A DNA stretch of 64,000 nucleotides, taken from the NCBI GenBank assembly GCA_965248435.1, contig OZ252100.1:4032001-4096000 (forward strand), given 5' to 3'. Source of the DNA: Candidatus Latescibacterota bacterium (GTDB taxonomy: Bacteria > Latescibacterota > UBA2968 > GCA-2709665). Below the pieces are notes generated by a model. It was not told where the DNA came from. It did no database searches and saw only the letters and a program-made list of their open reading frames with translations. Positions 55,681-64,000 of the stretch are shown piece after piece (positions within the stretch are counted from its first letter, which is position 1; every line of letters starts with the position of its first letter). Both the position numbers and the translations under genes were made by a program.

Positions 55681-57207
55681 ATGTCGATGTGGCTGAACGA
55701 GCAACAGCTTCAGGTGCTGGAGCGGGGATACGAGAGGCAGGTGGAATGCCCCGTGCCGACGCAGGTCGTGTCGAGCGGTGAGTGCATGCCGCCGAGACAG
55801 ACCCTGCAGCAGGCGCAGGTCGAATCTCTGGTTCTAAAAAAGGCTGAGTTTTACGCGGGGCGTCAAGGTATCGCTCAAAGCCCGTACCTGCGTTCACGCA
55901 GCGGCATGGCGGCCGCCTTTCTGGCCATGAACGAAGTGTTCGGGGACATTTACGACGTCGACGCGGCGGAGGTCGAAGATGAGGCGGCGGCCGAGGCGCG
56001 CCACGCGATCACGAAAGACCAGTTCATTTTCGACGTCCACACACACCACGTTCACGATGACTACCGCTGGGAAGGGCAGCTCTGGCTACGCAGCACCGCT
56101 GAGGAAATGTTCGGGGATCGTCCCTGGGACCCCGAGCTCGTCAAGCGTGAACTCGACCTGAAGTACTGGAAGTTCGACTATTACCTGAAGGACATGTTCT
56201 TCGACAGCGACACGACGATGGCGCTGCTCAGCACGTCGCCATCGGTGGATCCGTATAAAGAGCTGATCTCAGACGATCAGATGGTCGCCACGCGCAACCT
56301 GGTCAACCGGTTATCGGGCACGCGACGGATGCTGGCCCACGGGGTGATCTGGCCGAGCGTCCCGAAATACCTGGATGCGATGGACCGCGCGGCCACAGAG
56401 CTGAAGGTGGATTCGTGGAAGGGTTACACGATCGGCGACGTTTTGGGGCTCGAACCGACGTTCGACAGGCCGTGGCGCATGGATGACGAGGCGGTGACTT
56501 ATCCGTCCTATGAAAAGGCCCGTAAGTACGGCATCCGAAACATCTGCGTCCACAAGGGCGTGCTCCCTGTGGGCTACGAGGAGATCCCAAACTGGCAGTA
56601 CGCGACCGTCGAGGATGTCGGCAAGGCGGCCCAGGACTGGCCCGACCTGAACTTCCACCTTTATCACGGCGGTTTGAAGATGTGGCGGGACCCGAAACCG
56701 GTGAGCGACGAGTTCCAGCAGACGGGCCGGCTGCCGTGGATCGATGAGGTGGCGGCCATTCCGAACGAGTACGGCGTGTCGAACGTGTATGCCGACGTCG
56801 GCCTCTCATTCGGGGCCCTGGCGATCACGCATCCCAGGCTGGCCGCGGTGATGATCGCCAAACTCGTCAAGGGACTGGGTGCGGATCACGTGCTGTGGGG
56901 GACCGATTCGATCTGGTTCGGCTCGCCGCAGTGGCAGATCGAGGCGCTCCGCCGCATCGAGGTCCCTGCGGACATTCAGGACGAGCACGACCTCGAACCG
57001 CTCGGACCAGCGGACGGCCCGGTCAAACGCGCGATCTTCGGCATCAACGCGGCCGGGCAGTACGGCATCGAGCTGGACGCCGACGGTCGGCCGATCACAA
57101 ACTACGAGGATGACGAGCTGTCCCGCCTGAAGGCGGACTACCTGGCTGCAGGGCACCAGCGAGACAATCTGTTCTGGGGCTTTATCCGAAAGCAGAAGGA
57201 TGGGTGA
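55681..57207 (+). CDS. Amidohydrolase family protein
   Basis: DVHTH, CVHKG, YHGG, WGTDSIW. Confidence 0.85.
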   Translation: MSMWLNEQQLQVLERGYERQVECPVPTQVVSSGECMPPRQTLQQAQVESLVLKKAEFYAGRQGIAQSPYLRSRSGMAAAFLAMNEVFGDIYDVDAAEVEDEAAAEARHAITKDQFIFDVHTHHVHDDYRWEGQLWLRSTAEEMFGDRPWDPELVKRELDLKYWKFDYYLKDMFFDSDTTMALLSTSPSVDPYKELISDDQMVATRNLVNRLSGTRRMLAHGVIWPSVPKYLDAMDRAATELKVDSWKGYTIGDVLGLEPTFDRPWRMDDEAVTYPSYEKARKYGIRNICVHKGVLPVGYEEIPNWQYATVEDVGKAAQDWPDLNFHLYHGGLKMWRDPKPVSDEFQQTGRLPWIDEVAAIPNEYGVSNVYADVGLSFGALAITHPRLAAVMIAKLVKGLGADHVLWGTDSIWFGSPQWQIEALRRIEVPADIQDEHDLEPLGPADGPVKRAIFGINAAGQYGIELDADGRPITNYEDDELSRLKADYLAAGHQRDNLFWGFIRKQKDG

Positions 57208-58192
57208 TCCCGCACGAACTATGGAACAGGATCTCTTTCTGAAGAAGACAGCTGTTGTGGGCGCCGGTCTGATGGGCAGCCAGATCGGTCTGGTGCTGGC
57301 CCTGGGCAGTCGTGAAACGGTTCTGATGAGCCGCCGGCAGGAGAGCCTGGACCGCGCACTGGACGCGATTCGCCGCTACTCGGGTGATCTGGACCGACAC
57401 GGACTGCTTCGGGGCGAGACGCCGGAGACGGTGATCGGGCGCATCCGGACGGCGACGGAGGTGGGGGAGGCGGTGGATGATGCGGCATTCGTCGTGGAGT
57501 CTATCCCGGAGGAGCTGGAGGCCAAGCAGGCGCTCTTCGAACAGATGGATGCTACGGCGCCCCGAGAGGCGATTCTGGTGAGCAACACGTCGGGCCTGCC
57601 GATCACGGACTTGGGGGCCCGGATGGTCCATCAGGATCGGATCGCGGGTTCGCACTTCGTTCAACCTGGACATATCGTGCCCGTCGTGGAGGTGATTCGT
57701 GGGCGGGAGACGTCGGATGAGACTGTGGCCCGGACGTGTGAGATTTGGGAACGGCTGGGCAGGATCACGCTCCGTGTGAACCAGGACGTGCCTGGCTTCC
57801 TGGTGAACCGCCTGCAGCACGCCGTGATCCGGGAAGCGGTGCACCTGCTGGCGACGGGCGTGGCAGACGCCGAGACGATAGATCAGGCGGTGTCGCTGGG
57901 CCTGGCGCCAAGGTTTACGACGGCGGGTCCGCTCGAACAGCGCGACATCAACGGGTTGAAGACAAACGCGCTGGTCGCCGAGCACTTGTGGAAGAGGTTG
58001 GCGAGCTGGGAAGAACCCTTGGCCTATCTTCAGGCTATGGTCGCGCGAGGGGAGACCGGTCTGGAAGTGGGCAAAGGCTACTACGATTGGTCCGGGCAGG
58101 ATCCTGTCGCAGTGCGCAGCGAGAAGGACGAGCTGCTGCTCCGCCGGACCGAGCAGGTGATGGCCGACTGGCGGGCGAGGCAGGAAAGGTAG
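57200..58192 (+). CDS. 3-hydroxyacyl-CoA dehydrogenase family protein
   Basis: GAGLMG, ESIPE, SNTS, HF, GFLVNRLQ, GKGYYDW. Confidence 0.92.
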   Translation: MGDPARTMEQDLFLKKTAVVGAGLMGSQIGLVLALGSRETVLMSRRQESLDRALDAIRRYSGDLDRHGLLRGETPETVIGRIRTATEVGEAVDDAAFVVESIPEELEAKQALFEQMDATAPREAILVSNTSGLPITDLGARMVHQDRIAGSHFVQPGHIVPVVEVIRGRETSDETVARTCEIWERLGRITLRVNQDVPGFLVNRLQHAVIREAVHLLATGVADAETIDQAVSLGLAPRFTTAGPLEQRDINGLKTNALVAEHLWKRLASWEEPLAYLQAMVARGETGLEVGKGYYDWSGQDPVAVRSEKDELLLRRTEQVMADWRARQER

Positions 58193-58204
58193 ATCATCAG
58201 GTCA

Positions 58205-58768
58205 ATGGACGAAATCTACGTCAGTACAGACATCGAGACCGACGGGCCGAGCCCCGGACACTACTCGATGCTCAGCTTTGGTTCGGTTGCCTTCACGTTG
58301 GATCGGACGATCCATTCCAGCTTCGAGCGCAACCTGGACCTGCTGCCTGGAGCAAAGCAGCACGCGGATAATATGAAGTTCTGGGAGACGCAGCCTGAGG
58401 CCTGGGACGCCTGCAGAAGAAATCCTATTGCACCCGGGGAAGCGATGCAACACTATCTCGAATGGCTTAAGGGCTTGGCCGGAACTCCCATATTCGTGGC
58501 ACACCCAGTCTGTTTTGACTACACGTTTATCAGCTGGTACTTGCACGAGTTTGTCGGCGAGAATCCGTTTCGAGGTGCAGTGGATACCGTTACATACGCT
58601 ATGGCACTCCTGAAAAGGCCGTGGTCGGAGTCCACATCGCGATACATGCCGAAGGAGTGGTTCGATCCAGGCCACCCTCATACGCACCAGGCGCTCGATG
58701 ACGCCCTGGAGCGTGCATACCTGTTATGCAACATGGTCGAAGCCAACAGGCAAGGCCAGACAAGATGA
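58205..58768 (+). CDS. DEDDh 3'-5' exonuclease domain protein
   Basis: DIETDG (ExoI), FD (ExoII), HQALDDA (ExoIII). Confidence 0.85.
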   Translation: MDEIYVSTDIETDGPSPGHYSMLSFGSVAFTLDRTIHSSFERNLDLLPGAKQHADNMKFWETQPEAWDACRRNPIAPGEAMQHYLEWLKGLAGTPIFVAHPVCFDYTFISWYLHEFVGENPFRGAVDTVTYAMALLKRPWSESTSRYMPKEWFDPGHPHTHQALDDALERAYLLCNMVEANRQGQTR

Positions 58769-59226
58769 CTGAAGGCAAAATAATGGGCATCTATATCGCT
58801 GAAGCGGCCACGGCGCTTCCTGCTTCTGTCGACAAAGTTTGCGCTGTGGCCAATCGGGGACTCGAGGGCGACCGATATTACCAGAAGACAGGCACGTATT
58901 CTGACAGGGAAGGTCCCGGGCGAGAAGTCACGCTGATCGAACAGGAGGCTCTGGACTATGTTGAGGAGACCTACGGCATCACACTTTCCGGAGCGGAGTC
59001 GAGGCGAAACATCCTGACGAGCGGTGTCGATCTGAATGCCCTCGTGGGAAGCAAATTCCACATCGGAGAGGTTCTGGTCGAAGGCATGCGCCTCTGCCCT
59101 CCCTGTGGACATCTCGAAGAGCTGATAGACAAGAAGGTTCTGGGCGCACTCAAGGACCGCGGAGGATTGAGAGTGAATGTCCTGAGTGACGGAACGATCG
59201 CCATCGGGGATGAGATCAGTTTGTAG
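58765..59226 (+). CDS. MOSC domain protein
   Basis: GLEGDRY, RRNILT, CPPC, RGGLR. Confidence 0.9.
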   Translation: MTEGKIMGIYIAEAATALPASVDKVCAVANRGLEGDRYYQKTGTYSDREGPGREVTLIEQEALDYVEETYGITLSGAESRRNILTSGVDLNALVGSKFHIGEVLVEGMRLCPPCGHLEELIDKKVLGALKDRGGLRVNVLSDGTIAIGDEISL

Positions 59227-59249
59227 AAATATCGAGATTGGAGTCAGAT

Positions 59250-59537
59250 ATGTGCAGAAACATCAAGACGCTGTTCAACTTCGACCCTCCCGCGACGGAC
59301 GAGGAGGTCCAGGCCGCGTCCCTGCAGTTCGTGAGGAAGCTGAGCGGATTCACGAATCCGTCGAAGGCGAATGAGGATGCGTTCGCGCTGGCTGTCGACC
59401 AGGTCGCCGACGTCGCCCGCACACTGCTGGACTCGATGGTCACCCACGCGGAACCGCGCAATCGGGAAACAGAGGCCGCGAAGGCGCGCGTGCGAGCAGA
59501 GCGGCGGTCCGGTGCGCGGACGGCAATGAAGTTGTAG
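59250..59537 (+). CDS. DUF2277 family protein
   Basis: MCRNIKTLFNFDPPAT...QFVRKLSG. Confidence 0.88.
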   Translation: MCRNIKTLFNFDPPATDEEVQAASLQFVRKLSGFTNPSKANEDAFALAVDQVADVARTLLDSMVTHAEPRNRETEAAKARVRAERRSGARTAMKL

Positions 59538-59593
59538 ATGCGCACCGAAGGGGTTTCGCCTTCAGCCTCATCCATATCCACGGAGACTCTGTC

Positions 59594-60052
59594 ATGCCCT
59601 TGATGAAATCCAAACCGCTTCTCGTCGCAGCCACGGTTCTGGGATGCATTCTGGTCTCGACACTTGCAGGCGTCGTCTGGGGCCAGATGATCATTGCAAC
59701 GAACAGTGCACTGGGTTTCGTGGCCTGGGTCCTAGGGTTTCTGTGCGGGTACGCCGCTGTGATCCTGTCCCGGGGACACCGAGGGCCTGTCCTGCAGACC
59801 GCCGGCGTCGTCGCGACGGTATGGGGTGTTCTTGTCGCTAATTATATCCCGTTCTTCCATCATTACAAGATAGAGGTCGGAAAGAAATTCGGTGCGATGG
59901 CCGTGGGAGCGTTCTGGCTGCTTTCGAAACCTGTCTTAGACGTCTATGTCGAGAGTTTACGGGCCATTCTGTGGGACGGCGGGCTGTGGGTGATTCTGGC
60001 CGTCGTCACGGCGTGGTGGATCCCCAGGAGAACCGTGGATCGTGAATCGTAA
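59594..60052 (+). CDS. Hypothetical membrane protein
   Basis: Four hydrophobic segments; GGAG Shine-Dalgarno. Confidence 0.65.
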   Translation: MPLMKSKPLLVAATVLGCILVSTLAGVVWGQMIIATNSALGFVAWVLGFLCGYAAVILSRGHRGPVLQTAGVVATVWGVLVANYIPFFHHYKIEVGKKFGAMAVGAFWLLSKPVLDVYVESLRAILWDGGLWVILAVVTAWWIPRRTVDRES

Positions 60053-60180
60053 AAACCGGGTACCGGGAAGGCAAAACACGGGTACCGGGAAGGCAAAACA
60101 CGGGTACCGGGAAGGCAAAACACGGGTACCGGGGAAGCAGAACACGGGTACCGGGGAAGCAGAACACGGGTACCGGGGAA
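60051..60180 (+). repeat. 22-bp tandem array with GGTACC core (array C, six cores)
   Basis: GGTACC at 60059, 60081, 60103, 60125, 60147, 60169. Confidence 0.97.
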
Positions 60181-60247
60181 AATCAATAATTAAGGAAAAT
60201 TGCGATATCATTCGGCTGACGATTGAGAAGGGGGGGGGAGACATTTC

Positions 60248-61078
60248 ATGGGGAGACTGGATGGCAAAGTAGCAGTGGTCACGGGTGGAGCCAGGGGTCA
60301 CGCCGAGTCGATCGCCAGGCGATTCGCTGATGAGGGTGCAGCCGTTTCGCTGTGCGACATCGTTCCCGTGAAAGAGTTGGAAGACAGGGTAGGCTCGAAG
60401 ATCAGGGCTGAGGGCGGAAAGGTTCTCTGCCACCAGACGGACGTTTCACAAGAGGCTCAGGTGAACGAGATGGTTAAGGCAACCCTTCACGATTTCGGAA
60501 CCATCGACATCCTCGCCAACGTCGTCGGCATCGCTGGGCCCACCAAGGATATCTGGGACATGACCCTGGCAGAGTGGAAACGAACACTTGATGTGAATCT
60601 GGATTCGCTCTTTCTCTGCTGCAGGGCCGTGCTTCCCGAGATGATAGGGAAGAGATACGGGAAAATCATAAACTTCAGCTCCGGTTCGGGCAAACAGCCG
60701 CTTTCTCACCGGACGCCTTACACCACATCGAAGATGGGTGTGATCGGTTTCACGAGAACACTGGCTGCCGACGTCGGGCGCTACAACATCAATGTCAACG
60801 CCATCTGTCCGGGTGTGCACGAAGAGAGAAGCGTGGAACTGGCCAAGGGCAGGGCGGAATACATGAACAAACCCTTCGATGAGGCGGCGTTTCGCAGGGA
60901 GTTCAGCCAGCCGAACCCGAAGCGCGTTCTGGCGGGTCGATGGTGTGAAGATGAAGGCTATATCGAAAGAAAATCCAGGACGGAAGATGCTGCCTCCGTG
61001 GCGCTGTTTCTCGCCTCGGATGACTCGGCCAGCATGACGGGCCAGGACATCAACTGCAGTGGGGCGGTCATGTGGTAG
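60248..61078 (+). CDS. Short-chain dehydrogenase/reductase
   Basis: TGGARG, YTTSK, VNAICPG, MTGQ. Confidence 0.93.
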   Translation: MGRLDGKVAVVTGGARGHAESIARRFADEGAAVSLCDIVPVKELEDRVGSKIRAEGGKVLCHQTDVSQEAQVNEMVKATLHDFGTIDILANVVGIAGPTKDIWDMTLAEWKRTLDVNLDSLFLCCRAVLPEMIGKRYGKIINFSSGSGKQPLSHRTPYTTSKMGVIGFTRTLAADVGRYNINVNAICPGVHEERSVELAKGRAEYMNKPFDEAAFRREFSQPNPKRVLAGRWCEDEGYIERKSRTEDAASVALFLASDDSASMTGQDINCSGAVMW

Positions 61079-61085
61079 CGATCCT

Positions 61086-61378
61086 GGTACCGGGGAAGCA
61101 GAACACGGGTACCGGGGAAGCAGAACACGGGTACCGGGGAAGCAGAACACGGGTACCGGGGAAGCAGAACACGGGTACCGGGGAAGCAAAACACGGAGTA
61201 CCGGGGAAGCAGAATACGGGTACCGGGGAAGCAAAACACGGGTACCGGGGAAGCAGAACACGGGTACCGGGTATCATAAGAATCGGCGGTGTAGGGGCGA
61301 CGCACGCGTCGCCCGGGGGAAAGCAAAACACGGGGTACCGGGGAAGCGAAAACAATTTCGGATTTGGGATTGCGAATT
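61086..61378 (+). repeat. 22-bp tandem array (nine cores), GTAG REP hairpin, one further unit and heptamers (array D)
   Basis: Cores at 61086, 61108, 61130, 61152, 61174, 61197 (variant), 61219, 61241, 61263; hairpin at 61291-61314; core at 61334. Confidence 0.97.
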
Positions 61379-61412
61379 GTGGAAGAGGCTAACGCTGGTG
61401 AGAATGCTATAG

Positions 61413-62090
61413 ATGAATTTGATTCTAATAGGGTGTGAGTGGGCCGGCAAGCGGACGCTGGGGGTCGAGATCTCGAAATGGTGGTCGGAGCGGACGGGGG
61501 AACCGTTCAAGCCACCCCCTGACTCTCCATTCCACGACCATTTCACCGTACCGCACGTCGTGCACCTGAAGGGCCACGGGGACCATAGAGAACAGTCCGA
61601 AAAGGACATCCTCAAGCTGAACCCGGGGCTGCTGGAGCATTTTCAACGCTACCAGATCAACTATCATTTCGACCCGGCCTTCGTGACGAGCGGCAACTTC
61701 TGGCTGATCGACTGGTACTACGGGGATGCGGTCTACGCGCCGATCTACTGGGGTTACGGTGGGCCTGGAGAGTACGCCGATCGAAGGATCGCCAGGGTTC
61801 ACTTCGACGAACGGGTGATGGAGGTGATGCCGGACTTCATTCTGGTGCTCGTGAAGGCGTCGGCGGACGCGATCGGGGAGCGCATGCGGGCGGGGGAAAG
61901 TCCGTACCCGGAGCGACACGCTAACACCATGTTCCAGGAAAAGGATACGGAGACGATTCTCGCCCGGTTCGAGGAGGAGTTCGAGGGCTCGCTGATTCGG
62001 CAAAAGTTTTCGATCGATACGACAGAAGCCACACCGCAACAGAGTCTAGAGGAATTCGTTGCGAAGGTCGAGCCCTACCTGAGTAAGTGA
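61413..62090 (+). CDS. P-loop nucleotide kinase-like protein
   Basis: N-terminal LILIGCEWAGKRT; later hydrophobic strand followed by an I-x-ER lid motif as in NMP kinases. Confidence 0.65.
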   Translation: MNLILIGCEWAGKRTLGVEISKWWSERTGEPFKPPPDSPFHDHFTVPHVVHLKGHGDHREQSEKDILKLNPGLLEHFQRYQINYHFDPAFVTSGNFWLIDWYYGDAVYAPIYWGYGGPGEYADRRIARVHFDERVMEVMPDFILVLVKASADAIGERMRAGESPYPERHANTMFQEKDTETILARFEEEFEGSLIRQKFSIDTTEATPQQSLEEFVAKVEPYLSK

Positions 62091-62649
62091 AGGAATCTCG
62101 TCGCGCAAAAGCTGGATCACGAAAAGACACAAAGAAGCACGAAGGGCACGAAGCCTCATTATGCCTCTCGGAAGCTGGATCACGGAAGAACAGGGAAAGA
62201 GGCAGATGAACGGAGATTTCAGGAGAGAATATGAGCTCGTGAGGCTCAATGAGTTTCTGGATCGGCCGGCGGGTATCAGTGTGAGGCCAGTTTATCAAGG
62301 TATGTTCATGCGTATGTACCTTGGTGGATCGATTTCCGATGGAAACATGTTGGTGGCGGAATATCCCGAGGGATACTTTGAGTACGTGAAGTACGACTAC
62401 GAGGATGACCTGGTCGAAGTTGTGTATCAGTACTATTCGGACAAACCCATGCTGTCTTCTGAGCTTCGCGATAGGGATCTCAAGATAGACGTAGATTCAT
62501 ATAATAAGTGCGATGGTATCTTGAATCTCGTACACCTATCGGGGACAGATATGGTAGACAAGGCGGTAAAACTCTTTCAAAGCTATTTCGGACATCGTCC
62601 TCCGGAATTGACCAGATTCTTATGCCTGGACTGCCTGCCTCATCAGATT

Positions 62650-63703
62650 CCCGAGTTCAATAAGGAAGTGCAACACTTAGGGTAGCAACTGTCCTATCCT
62701 AAGTGTATGGGAAACAATTACAAGCATCTTACGATAGACGAACGCGAGCAGATTGCGCTTTGTCGAGCCACTGGTGCAAGCCTTAGAGATATTGCCAAGG
62801 CCCTTGACCGGAGCGCCAGCACGATTTCAAGAGAGTTGAAACGTAATCCGTCCCCGATAGCTGAGAGTTACTCGGGCCTCCAGGCTCACAGAAGGGCTGA
62901 GAAACGTAAGCGGGAGGCCGGCAAGCGGAAACGGCTGAAGAATCCGGTTATCCGGCGATATGTCGAGACCAAACTCAAGCAAGGATGGTCTCCCGAGTTG
63001 ATCGCTGGGAGGCTTCCCGAGGAGCGTCCGAGCGCGGGTATCAGCCACGAAGCCATCTACCAGTATATCTACGATCCAAAGGTGCACAAGCAGCGGGATC
63101 TGGTTGCTTGCTTATCCCGAGCTCACAAAAAACGAAAGCCGCGGTGGCATACCCGAAAACACCGGGAAAGCCACATTCCAGGCCGTATTTCGATCGATCG
63201 ACGTCCCCGTTACATCGAAAAACGGAAACAACCTGGCCACTGGGAATCCGACACCATCATCTCTCGTGAGAGCAAACAGGCCGTTGGCGCTTGTCTTGAG
63301 CGATCGTCGAGATACCTACACCTGGCTAAGCTGGCAAAGAACGGACCCTCGGAGGTCGCCGAAGCGATTAATCGACGCCTTGGGCGACATCCTCCCACAT
63401 GAGGAAGAGCATCACATATGACAACGGATCCGAAAACGGCCAACATCAACGGGTCAACGAGGTGCTTGGCACCAAATCCTATTTCTGCAAACCGTTCCAC
63501 AGCTGGGAGCGAGGCGCTGTGGAAAACGCTATCGGTCTGGTCCGCAGATACCTCCCCAAGAAGACAGACTTCTCAAAGGTCAGCAAACACGAGTTAAAGA
63601 AAATTCAGAACCGGATCAACAACCGACCAAGAAAATGTCTTAACTTCAAAACACCAGCTGAAGTCTTCAAGTCCAAGTGTTGCACTTAGTCATTGAATCC
63701 AGC
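62650..63703 (+). mobile_element. IS30-family insertion sequence, 1054 bp
   Basis: Imperfect terminal inverted repeats TTCAATnAnnAAGTGCAACACTT; ATT direct repeats at 62647-62649 and 63704-63706. Confidence 0.92.
62707..63689 (+). pseudogene. IS30-family transposase split by a 1-nt frameshift
   Basis: HTH (RSASTISRELKRN), WSPELIA, GHWESD, then TYDNGSE, WERGAVEN, NNRPRKCL in a second frame from 63399. Confidence 0.9.
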
Positions 63704-64000
63704 ATTTCTATTATTCAGTCTGGTCAATGTGTGCTCAAGGCACCGATGTTCAGTAATATTCCGCATAAGTTTGACGCCGAGCTAACGAGTTTCGAGCCCG
63801 ATTTTGAAGTGGAATTCAAGTCTCTCAACCAAAAGAAGACCTCGAAATTCCACACGAAACTGTCTGGACGCCCTCAGGCGAAGGTCGTGTTGCAAATAGA
63901 CGCCGCACATCGCAGAACTCTGGAAATCGTCCGGGATAGAGATGTATTGCTGCGCATGGACGTTTAGGATCTCATCCAATGAACCGAGGGTGGACAAGCA

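Larger units (their letters stand above)
62206..63967 (+). pseudogene. Hypothetical gene interrupted by the IS30-family element
   Basis: Removing 62650-63703 plus one ATT joins ...CLPHQI to SIIQSGQ... in frame, giving 234 aa. Confidence 0.8.

Noticed and set aside
60051-61350. 22-bp arrays as a CRISPR array
   Set aside because: Units are head-to-tail with no unique spacers, and no cas genes are in the window.
60958-61412. ORFs with FPGTRVLLPRYPC / TGEAEHGYRG repeats (also near 13920 and 59944-60272)
   Set aside because: Artefacts of a stop-free DNA repeat open in all six frames; no ribosome-binding or operon support.

Overview
A GC-rich bacterial chromosomal window, mostly housekeeping and metabolic genes. 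The lineage cannot be fixed from sequence alone. It opens with a minus-strand operon (SpoIVB/S55 protease, beta-propeller protein, ribD, ribE, ribBA, nusB, metallophosphoesterase; ribH is missing) and rlmH. Further on are a sugar/nucleoside ABC pair, pepA, an EpmA with an extra N-terminal OB-fold, a FleS/FleR-like sigma54 two-component system, an orphan RND permease, duplicated DHDPS-family lyases, topoisomerase IB, a YtrA-type GntR/ABC locus and many hydrolases and oxidoreductases. It ends with a frameshifted IS30 element inserted, with a 3-bp ATT target duplication, into a hypothetical gene. The most unusual signals are non-coding. (1) A ~340-nt highly structured, promoter- and terminator-bounded RNA candidate downstream of rlmH. 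(2) 22-bp GGTACC-core tandem arrays that occur as matched pairs around small gene cassettes. (3) A ~166-bp palindromic element in three copies with conserved stems and two fixed-length but unrelated inserts. (4) A second repeat family carrying a hammerhead-like CTGATGA-N18-GAAAC core. (5) Several heptamer and octamer microsatellite families, some inside coding sequence. No CRISPR array, rRNA or tRNA was seen.
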